Of a DNA stretch of 64,000 nucleotides, positions 54,530-64,000 are shown piece after piece. Position 1 is the stretch's first letter, and every line of letters starts with the position of its first letter. Location of the stretch: positions 9,982,001 to 10,046,000 of the forward strand of contig NC_043000.1 of NCBI RefSeq assembly GCF_006345805.1, read 5' to 3'. The notes beneath the pieces are model-generated. The model did not search any database and was not told the origin of the DNA. It saw only the letters and a list, made by a program, of their open reading frames with translations. The translations under genes and the position numbers were made by a program. The DNA comes from Octopus sinensis (taxonomy: Eukaryota).

Positions 54530-54660
54530 CTGATTAAATGAAATGCAATAAGAAATATTTTAGCCAGCATAATACACTAATAGTCATTTTCGGTCAGCTT
54601 ATTTGAGCCCAAGTATTCAATTTTACATTCATCTAAGTAAAGACTGTTTTGTAAATGTTT

Positions 54661-54951
54661 GTTTGTTCCTTCTCGAGCTACGCCTGGCTCATAAGGGCCG
54701 GTTTCCCGGTTTCATTGGCGTACAGGTTCCCACCTGGGCGGGACGCCGGTTCGTCGCAGGTGAGCTGCAAGATGCAGGAGGAAAGAGAGAGAGAAAGTTG
54801 TGGTGAAAGAGTCAGCAGAAGTTCGCCATTACCTTCTGTCGGAGCCGCGTGGAGCTTAGCTGTTCCGCTCGTAAACACACACATCGCCCCGTCTGAGATT
54901 CGAACCCGCGATCTCTCGACTGCGAGTCCGCTGCTATAACCACTACGCCAT
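54661..54951 (-). mobile_element. SINE-C variant with tail Z
   Basis: SINE-C-like head and centre; tail GGCGTCCCGCCCAGGTGGG..GAAACCGGGAAACCGGCCC shared with 49117-49377. Confidence 0.82.
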
Positions 54952-55604
54952 GTAATTTTGATTTAAATTTAATTTCCTCCCCCGTATTCTAGAGCTTTAT
55001 CCACATTGACTTTACAAAGGCCAGACTGTCAAATTAGCATCAAAGTCGCGTAGTTTGGCATCAAACTAATGTGGGATTTGACTTGTGAATGTAACATTAT
55101 AGGATTTTCGTTGTATAAAAATTCATAATTTGTTTCAATAATTTATTAAACTCCCATAATATTAAATTTCTTCGAGATTATATTATACACAGACAGTGTA
55201 TCAAGTTTCATAAAGAGAGTCTACAATTAGAAGAGAATTTTACTTGTGTTCATCATTTATCATTAGCGTCACAATAAATTTAGGTTCATCATTGATGTAC
55301 ATTTGTATTTACATGAATATTATTGGCTAGTATTTTATATAATATATAATATATTTATTAGATTCTGGAATGTTTTTCGCATTGTTTTTATATATCATCT
55401 CAAAGGAAAGTATTATATTTTAGTATAAAAATATAATGAAAAATAAAATTTCTTGTCAACTAAAATATAACTTTCAATTTCTATCTGACGTTATGCATTA
55501 AAATGGTTTCTAAAATTTATAATGCTTTTTTTAATTACCATTTTGATTTCTCGAAAATATTGTCAGAATATATTTATGGTAAAAATTATTACAATAATAC
55601 TTAC

Positions 55605-55651
55605 TTATGTCTGCAAGATTCAATATGGTAAACAACATCATTGTATTTATT
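55605..55651 (-). CDS. Weak candidate exon
   Basis: Acceptor ttttatatatcag|, donor AA|gtaagt; 47 nt; frame not directly compatible with the 54529 exon. Confidence 0.25.
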
Positions 55652-56181
55652 CTGATATATAAAATGCGTACAGCTATAAATTTTGAGTATGTATGTGTGT
55701 ATATACGCACATAATTGTGTGTGTGTGTGTACATACGTGTGTGTTTATATACATGTTTGTGTATAAATGTCTACATGTAACACTTAATCTATGTTTATCT
55801 TACTGTTTGTGTGAGTGTATGTATGCGTGTCTGCTGAGTGAGAGAGAGAGAGAGAGAGAGAGAGACAAACAGACAGGTATAAACTTATTTCAGTTTAAAC
55901 GAGAATTCATTTCAATGCTGATTTAGACATCACATGCATTCGTTAAGACATAAAAGTAAGGGAAGTACAACTCATTTGTTAAAATATAGCTGACAGCTAA
56001 ATGACTAAGGAAATAAACTCACTACTCAAACGAACTATATCTGCAAAAGCCTGAAAATGTATTACACTACAACAAAAGTAACGCGTTATACTCAAACACT
56101 AAAAGAAGTATTCCTGCCTAGCCGTATGCTAAGCAAGAGAAAAGAAATCTTTGCTTCTTGTTTACCAACTAAAAAGTTCAA

Positions 56182-56358
56182 TACAGTTCTATATTTAAGA
56201 GATGAGGAATTATGTACATTATTTACATTCGACGGATATTTGTCCTCGTCTTGTTTGTTGCTAACACAACGTTTCGGCTGATATACCCTCCAGCCTTCTT
56301 CGGGTGTCTTGAGGAAATTTCGAACCTGGGTTCTCATTCCTAAGGTATTTTTCGATGC

Positions 56359-56389
<31 letters not shown>
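56182..56389 (-). mobile_element. SINE-F 3' part with HHR motif (56263-56308, U4C) and (TAA)n
   Basis: Inverted homolog of 57150-57321. Confidence 0.85.
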
Positions 56390-56996
56390 GAGTGCGAGAG
56401 TAGTGCATGCCATCAAAATGACACTGGGGTAAAATATACGAAACCCAGTATACCCATCATGACTACCCGTCTGATAAGGGTACACTAAGCACATGCATCA
56501 CAACCATATGTGCGCGACATGGTGATCTCATACCAAGATAAGCAGCACATGACCTTGCAGGTGGGGCCCAGTTGGTGATCTCATATCAAGATAAACAGCA
56601 CATGACCTTGCAGGTGGGGCCCAGTTAGAATTTTCTTCTGGTCGAGTAGCCCATCCTGCTTAAATGGTCCCTGAATAAGGGCTGTTTAAGGATGTTGAAC
56701 GAAACACCCATGTTTCCAGAGGTGAATTATTCAATCCCCAAAGAATCCCTCTCAACACACGGCTATGATGCTCCCCCACTACTTCTGCTCGTGATCAGAG
56801 ATGCACATATCGTCGGCCACTAAGGGACATGCTCAACTGGTTAAGGTCAAACAACCGACAAGCAAATCTGTGGTATTGAGCAGAATATTTGCTGTAGCCC
56901 ATCTTTTATACCAAGACAAAACAATGTACATGATAACACTTCCAATCACTTAAGATCAGAAACCATGAGACCACTGCCTGGTACTGCATCAGGCAT
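56390..56996 (-). mobile_element. Non-coding Dong-type 3' module in (TAA)n
   Basis: (TAA)n on both sides; 3' end homologous to 51490-51680; 53-bp tandem duplication at 56521-56626. Confidence 0.7.
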
Positions 56997-57017
56997 TTAT
57001 TATTATTATTATTATTA

Positions 57018-57059
<42 letters not shown>

Positions 57060-57060
<1 letters not shown>

Positions 57061-57321
57061 GCCCGTGGGCATATGGTGTAGTAGTTAAGAGCGCGGGCTA
57101 CTAACCCCAAGATTCTGAGTTCGATTCCAAGCAGTGACCTGAACACTAATAATAATAATAATAATAATAACATCGAAAAATACCTTAAGAATGAGAACCC
57201 AGGTTCGAAATTTCCCCAAGACACCTGAAGAAGGCTGGAGGGTATATCAGCCGAAACGTTGTGTTAACAACAAACAAGATGAGGACAAATATCCGTCGAA
57301 TGTAAATAATGTAAATAATGT
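57060..57321 (+). mobile_element. SINE-F: tRNA-like head, (TAA)n, hammerhead-bearing tail
   Basis: A box TGGTGTAGTAG, B box GAGTTCGATTCC, HHR at 57220-57265. Confidence 0.85.
57220..57265 (+). ncRNA. Minimal type I hammerhead ribozyme motif, canonical core
   Basis: GACAC-CTGAAGA-A-GGCTG(GAGGGTATAT)CAGCC-GAAA-CG-TT-GTGTT; palindromic helix III AACGTT. Confidence 0.75.
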
Positions 57322-57887
57322 AAAAAGTTCAAGTTAGAAACTTATGTAAATTTCTGTTGGGGATGTAATCCAAAACCAAATCAGCTAAATACCTCTGCCC
57401 TCTGACCTCGAAATAGACTTCAGAATTCTCCACATCCATGTCATAGCATGGCTCAATATTCACATTACACCATCTACCTGTGCCCCTCAAACTTCCTTAT
57501 TCTTTTCTATATTTTACCCAACTCCCTATTGTTTTTCTCCCTTGTTTCTGTTCCCCCTCTGCTTCTACATCCTTCCTTTTATGTCATCACTTTTTATTCT
57601 TTCTTTCTTTCTTTCTTTCTTTGTTTTTCCATTCATTACACACACACCTATTATTCAAAACGTTAGCTTTCGGTCTACAAACCTAATTGCATACTAAAGA
57701 CAGCTTTTATCACTGAAGCTTTGGCTTGTACTTTTATTCTTTGTTTTTTTCCTTTTTTGTCGTTGTATCTTGTGTTATCCAGATTACAGGAGGGACGTTG
57801 TGCTCTATGCTACGGAAGCTACAAGCGGTCTGTAAATGTGAGAGAAATTGTGAGCATGACGCCCACAAACCATTTTAGGTAATTCCT

Positions 57888-58856
57888 TATTTCTTTATTG
57901 CCCGCAAGGGGCTAAACATAGAGGGGACAAACAAAGACAGACAAATGAATCAAGTCGATTATATCGACCCCAGTGCGTAACTGGTACTTATTTAATCGAC
58001 CCCGAAAGGATGAAAGGCAAAGTCGACCTCGGCGGAATTTGAACTCAGAACGTAGCAACAGACGAAATACCTATTTCTTTACTACCCACAAGGGGCTAAA
58101 CACAGAGAGGACAAACAAAGACAGACAAACGGATTAAGTCGATTACATCGACCCCAGTGCGTAACTGATACTTATTTAATCGACTCGGAAAGGATGAAAG
58201 GCAAAGTCGACCTCGGCGGAATTTGAACTCAGAACGTAGCAACAGACGAAATACCTATTTCTTTACTACCCACAAGGGGCTAAACACAGAGAGGACAAAC
58301 AAGGACAGACAAACGGATTAAGTCGATTACATCGACCACAGTGCGTAACTGGTACTTATTTAGTCGACCCCGAAAGGATGAATGGCAAAGTCGACCTCGG
58401 CGGAATTTGAACTCAGAACGTAGCAGCAGACGAAATACCTATTTCTTTACTACCCACAAGGGGCTAAACACAGAGAGGACAAACAAAGACAGACAAACGG
58501 ATTAAGTCGATTACATCGACCCCAGTGCGTAACTGATACTTATTTAATCGACTCCGAAAGGATGAAAGGCAAAGTCGACCTCGGCGGAATTTGAACTCAG
58601 AACGTAGCAACAGACGAAATACCTATTTCTTTACTACCCACAAGGGGCTAAACACAGAGAGGACAAACAAGGACAGACAAACGGATTAAGTCGATTACAT
58701 CGACCACAGTGCGTAACTGGTACTTATTTAGTCGACCCCGAAAGGATGAATGGCAAAGTCGACCTCGGCGGAATTTGAACTCAGAACGTAGCGGCAGACG
58801 AAATACCGCTAAGCATTTCGCCCGGCGTTCGAACGTTTCTGCCAGTTCGCCGCCTT
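57888..58856 (-). mobile_element. SINE-A tandem pentamer
   Basis: Units start at about 57888, 58072, 58256, 58440 and 58624 (184-bp period); possible diverged TSD TAGGTA(A/G)TT(C/T)CT. Confidence 0.93.
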
Positions 58857-59421
58857 ATTATAGGTAGTTTCTATCACGCAAAATATGATGAAATTAGCCC
58901 TAATTCATGAGCCAGGAATGAATTTTGTGAATTTTGAGTGTAGAATAACTCTACTTCACGTGTGAACTACTACTTCATTGCTTCTGTTATTTTCTTGCAT
59001 TGTGTATTAGTTTTTGATGCAAAATTTTAGTGGGAATATTTTGCTCCTTTCTACATTTTCGGATGTAGTTTATATTCCTGGAGCCCTCAAGAGCAATTTC
59101 CCTGGTTTAATCGTTTTCATGTCAATAACACGTATAAAAAATGCGAAATAAAAACGAGTTTTCTAATGCCTTGCCTTAATTTTTATTACATTAATTTTTA
59201 TTACATCATTGCACTAATGTTTATTTCGAATTATATTCCAACAAGAACTGTTTAAATTGCGAAGTTAAAGTAAATTGCAAGTAACGGTCAGCGATGGTGA
59301 TTGCCAACAAAAACTATGTATGTGTATGCATACCTGCCTACCTACCTACCTACCTACCTACATACATACATACATACCTACATACATACATACATACATA
59401 CATACATACACACATACAACT

Positions 59422-59784
59422 TGATGGGGCTGCCTGCTGGAGCCTAGCGGCAGGTATTTAAAGGGAAAATTTGACAAGTCAGTCAGTCACCGGCTGACAC
59501 TCGCTGACAATACATCGAAGAGGCCAGGGAACAGAAGAAAGAAGACATGCACCCAACACCAGAGCTGAAGACACCTCCAAAAGCGGGGCCCCGCCACGTC
59601 AAAACGGTAGAGGAGTTGGGGCCGAAACTGGACGTGGTTCCTCCTGATGATGTCTTGAGCTAACTGGATCCTATAAAGGAGCTGTTGTGTTAGCAGACCA
59701 CGGAACACGGTTGTAATTCCCCCCCCCCCGTGCATACCCGATTTTCATTCAAGCGTTAGTATTGTCGGGAGTGTCGTTGTGACA
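59422..59784. other. Unclassified GC-richer element, possibly a solo LTR
   Basis: TG...CA ends and TATA-like motifs, but no TSD found. Confidence 0.25.
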
Positions 59785-59812
59785 TATGTCGACTTAAACA
59801 TCTGAAGCTTGG

Positions 59813-59814
<2 letters not shown>

Positions 59815-59848
<34 letters not shown>

Positions 59849-59877
59849 TAATAATAATAATGATAATAATAATAATG

Positions 59878-59913
<36 letters not shown>

Positions 59914-59928
59914 TTAATAATAATAATG

Positions 59929-59993
<65 letters not shown>
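59815..59993. repeat. (TAA)n tract (Dong target)
   Basis: Direct reading. Confidence 0.95.
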
Positions 59994-59996
<3 letters not shown>

Positions 59997-62435
59997 GGGG
60001 AACGTTTAAGATGTAAGAACGATAAAACAGAGCTCCGAAATCTATCCACAAACATCGAAAACAAGGACATCGTAAGGAGCCAAAGATTTACTAACAAAGG
60101 ATTGGACTGTATCCGAGTAAGTAATACTCATTGAAATTTATTACTATTTTCGAAACGAAATGATATATTTTGACTCGATATCATCTCCACCTCTAACACA
60201 ACACATGTAAACATGCGTGATACATTACGATCCACCAACACCAGATCATCCCCGACCCCAAACACCATGTACAAATAAACTACGAAGAAATTAAATACCA
60301 CCGATATTATTCAACCCAAGAATAACAATCGGGAAGTACGTACTTTAAACTTACAACACAAAATGAACGAAAAACTACACGTGGAAAACAATGTGACAAC
60401 AGAAATGAACGGACCGGTACCCTACGAAAATGACGACCGTCAAAATAATGGGTCGGACGTTGTTCCTCATGTCCCGCAAATAAAACCCAAAAGACATAAA
60501 TGGACACGTGAGGAATACATTTCTATCCTACATGCATACTTCACAGCAATGCTCTACCCAAAAAATGAAAACACAACAACACATACATATAAAATATGGA
60601 AGGAAAATAACATAAATATAGACTTGGATACAGCAATGAACCCTAATAAACTAGCTAACGTACGAAGATACATTCCCAACGCAAAAAAAAATATCAGAAA
60701 TAGAAATAGAACATCTAAACGAAAAAATACACCAGGAAAATGTAGATAGAAGCCACACAACAATGCCCAATAATATAAACACTGAAACAGTAACACACGA
60801 AGACAAACGTAACATTCCCAACAAACACGATGTAAATAAAAAACAATAAACCCAGACCGTAAGGATGCATAATAATACACGTTTAACAGCAAGCCAAAAC
60901 ACGGCAAACATACATATAAATAAGAAAGAAAGCGACACAAATCTAAAACCTGGAAACAACGAAGGGGAGCCTAATGATTATGATAATATAAAAAGTAAAA
61001 TAATCAAAGAACTGAAAACCACAGAGCTCAAAATAGACCACCGACCATACCTCCCAAAAATCAAAATAGACGAAACAACAACACCAATTATAAACAGCAT
61101 AAACCTAGCCGTCACGGAACTAATAGCCACTGAAACAGAAAGCGATATCACTGAGCTAAATGACTTAGTATACGCAGCAGCCACTGCAGCCACAAAAGAA
61201 GCTGGATACTCACTCAAACCCATCCAAACAGGAGTACCACCACCCAAACAAACCCTGTGGATAAATAACATCCAAAACAAAATACAAAAAAATTAGAAAA
61301 GATCTTTCGATTCTTAATGAAATCAGTAGACAATCAACGCTACTGAGCAACAAAAAGAAAACAAAAATACTCCGCAAATATAACATCACAGAAAAAGATT
61401 TACCTGAGATAAAAGAAAAGCTGAAGCAAGATATCCTTGCCAAAGCACAAAGGATCCGCCGGCACGAGAAACGCCAGCGCTTCTTTGAACAAAACAAAAA
61501 GTTCAACTCCAACCCCAAAAAGTTCTACCAAGAACTTGGCAAAAATAAAATAGAAATCACTGCAGCACCAACGTCAGAAGGGGAAGAATTCTGGAGAGAA
61601 ATATGGTCGGCGAACGAACAACCAAAATAAAGGATGAATTAAAACAACAAACTCAGCATCAGAGCAACTTTGGACCCCCATAACAACTGAAGAGGTTACC
61701 CAGGCACTGCAAAGACTAAGCAACTGGAAGGCACCTGGGCATGACAAGATCCCCAACTTCTGGTTGAAATATCTAACAGGAATGCACAAAAAGCTGGCTG
61801 AAAACTTTAACAACATACTAGCAGAGCCAGAGACAATGCCTGAATGGCTCACGAAGGGGAAAACCATCTTAATTCCCAAATCAAATGAGACTGCAAAACC
61901 AGAAAACTACAGACCAATAACCTGTCTCCCTACAATGTACAAGGCATTTACTGCAGTGATATCGCAAAAGTTGAACAATCACCTGGACGAAAACAACCTG
62001 TTTCCAGAAGAGCAGAAAGGATGCCGCAAAGGCTCATATGGCTGTAAAGATCAACTAATGATTAATAAAGCCATAACTGAAGACAGCCACAGAAAGAAGA
62101 AAGGCCTCAGTATGGCTTGGATCGACTACAAAAAGGCGTTTGATAGCATCCCCCACACATGGATCCTTCGAACACAAGCCATTAACAAAGTAGCACCAAC
62201 AATTATAAAATTCATAGGGCACTCTATGAATAAATGGCAAACAGTGCTACAGCTTCAAACAAAAGAGGGACTCATGAAAACCAAAGCCATCCCCATTAGA
62301 AGAGGAATATTCCAGGGAGACACACTATCTCCACTCCTTTTCTGCTTGGCACTGTCACCTCTATCTGATATGCTAAATAGAACTGGATGCGGATATAAAT
62401 GTTACGGCAAAACGATCAGCCACCTTTTATATATG

Positions 62436-62670
62436 TATTTCTATATTGCCCACAAGGGGCTAAACATAGAGAGGACAAACAAGGACAGACAAACGGATTA
62501 AGTCGATTACATTGACCCCAGTGCGAAACTGGTACTTTTATTTATCGACCCCGAAAGGATGAAAGGCAAAGTCGACCTCGGCGGAATTTGAACTCAGAAC
62601 GTAACGACAGACGAAATAACGCTAAGCATTCCGCCCGGCGCGCTAACGTGTCTGCCAGCTCACCGCCTTA
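62436..62670 (-). mobile_element. SINE-A inserted in the YMDD codons of the Dong RT
   Basis: 11-bp TSD TTTTATATATG at 62425-62435 and 62698-62708. Confidence 0.92.
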
Positions 62671-63387
62671 GATATGGATGACCTAAAACTATATATATTT
62701 TATATATGGATGACCTAAAACTATACGCTGCAAATGACAAACAGCTGGAAACACTATTAAAGACAGTTCATGGATTTACCAAAGAAATAGATATGAAATT
62801 TGGATTAGAAAAATGCGCCAAAGAGGAAAACTAGTTAAGAGTAACAACATCACACTAGATAAAACCAATGAAATAAAAGAATTAGACCAAAGCCAAACTT
62901 ACAAATACTTAGGAATCCATGAACTAGATAAGACACAACACACACAAATGAAAGAGAAAATAAAAAAAGAATATTATAGACGAGTTAGATCAATACTAAA
63001 ACAGAGCTCAATGCTAAAAACAAGATAATAGGTATTAACACTTTAGCTGTCCCAGTTATAAGTTACAGCTACAATATCCTTAACTGGACACTAAATGAAC
63101 TGACCAAAATAGATAGGAAAACAAGAAAAATAATGACAGGATCTAGGATGCATCACCCAAAATCTGACATAGAAAGACTATATATACAACGTATAGAAGG
63201 TGGTGGAGGCCTTATACAGCTGGAAAACTACTATAGAATAACCACCATAGGACTGCAAAAATATCTACTTCAGAAGGAAGGAAAACTGATACAAATAGCG
63301 GCAAAACACGAGCAAAACAAAGAACTGTTCTCAGTATTTAAGGAAGCTGACAAATACAAACAAGAAATCATACCACCTAATAAATAT

Positions 63388-63474
63388 GAAGAAGAAGAAG
63401 AAGAAGAAGAAGAAGAAGAAGAAGAAGAAGAAGAAGAAGAAGAAGAAGAAGAAGAAGAAGAAGAAGAAGAAGAA
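63388..63474 (+). repeat. (GAA)29 in frame within the Dong ORF
   Basis: Direct count. Confidence 0.93.
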
Positions 63475-64000
63475 ACAACAAAAGCTATAAAACAAATGAA
63501 ATCCAAACTAAAAATAGAACAGCAACGAACCATGATAAAACGATGGCAAGAAAAGCCCCTGGACTAAACTAAACGCAAAAGAAATAGACAAAGAAAAATC
63601 CCAGCAATGGTTGAGAAGCTCAGGACTCAAAGCAGAGACAGAGGGATTTTTAATTGCAGCACAAGACCAAAGCCTCCGCACCAGAAATTACCAAAAACAT
63701 GTAATGAAAAGAAATATAACAAGTAACTGCAGAATATGTGATGGACAAGAAACAATAAATCATATTATCTCTGGCTGCCCAGTCCTGGCTAAGAAGGAAT
63801 ATATTCACAGACATGACAGAGTTGGAACCTACATATACTGGAAGCTATGCCAACATTATGGAATAACAACAGAAAAAAGATGGTATAGGCACACACAAGA
63901 AAAGGTCACAGAAAACGAGAAAGCAACCATACTCTGGGATATGCCGATACACACAGATAGAGAAATTAAGGCCAACAGACCAGATATAGTTGTCAGAGAC

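Larger units (their letters stand above)
59994..64000 (+). mobile_element. Dong/R4-clade RLE-type LINE, probably near full length, decayed, runs off the window
   Basis: N-terminal KWTREEY..ILHAY; RT motifs NYRPITCLPTMYK, EEQKGCR, WIDYKKAFDSIPH, GIFQGDTLSPLLF, HLLYMDDLKL, YKYLG; CCHC finger CRICDGQETINHIISGC; RLE NRPDIVV at the window end; starts at (TAA)n. Confidence 0.93.

Noticed and set aside
19125-57130. SINE heads as tRNA genes
   Set aside because: A and B boxes are present, but acceptor stems are incomplete and the heads run into SINE bodies with TSDs.
27983-58856. 184-bp tandem arrays as CRISPR
   Set aside because: The units are whole SINE bodies without unique spacers, in a eukaryotic context with no cas genes.
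59550-59660. Possible hammerhead (CTGAAGA, GGCCGAAAC, CTGATGA close together)
   Set aside because: No register gives helix II directly after the core together with a valid helix I; spacing fits none of types I, II or III.

Overview
Repeat-dominated eukaryotic DNA. The SINE families and extreme microsatellite load suggest an octopus/coleoid genome, but that is recognition, not a database result. Almost every ORF in the supplied track is an artefact of microsatellites or decayed retroelements. Supported content: (1) three large decayed LINEs: two APE-type CR1/L2-group elements on the minus strand embedded in (TA)n, and one RLE-type Dong/R4 element at a (TAA)n tract; (2) RTE, Dong, hAT and Gypsy-LTR remnants; (3) a TIR MITE with an 8-bp TSD; (4) over 25 tRNA-headed SINE copies, many with TSDs (the labels SINE-A, B, C, D and F are mine); (5) several Penelope-like (PLE) foldback fragments; (6) three or four candidate exons of an unidentified minus-strand host gene. 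The main find is a set of minimal type I hammerhead ribozyme (HHR) motifs. One sits in a tRNA-headed SINE-like element that integrated as a TSD-flanked inverted composite. Others sit in foldback elements whose inversion breakpoints fall repeatedly in HHR helix II. Also notable: SINE multimers with a fixed junction, a two-hairpin 3' element shared by two LINE families and a SINE, apparent (TA)n targeting by CR1-like LINEs, and SINE head/tail shuffling. No ribozyme activity or gene identity can be proven from sequence alone.
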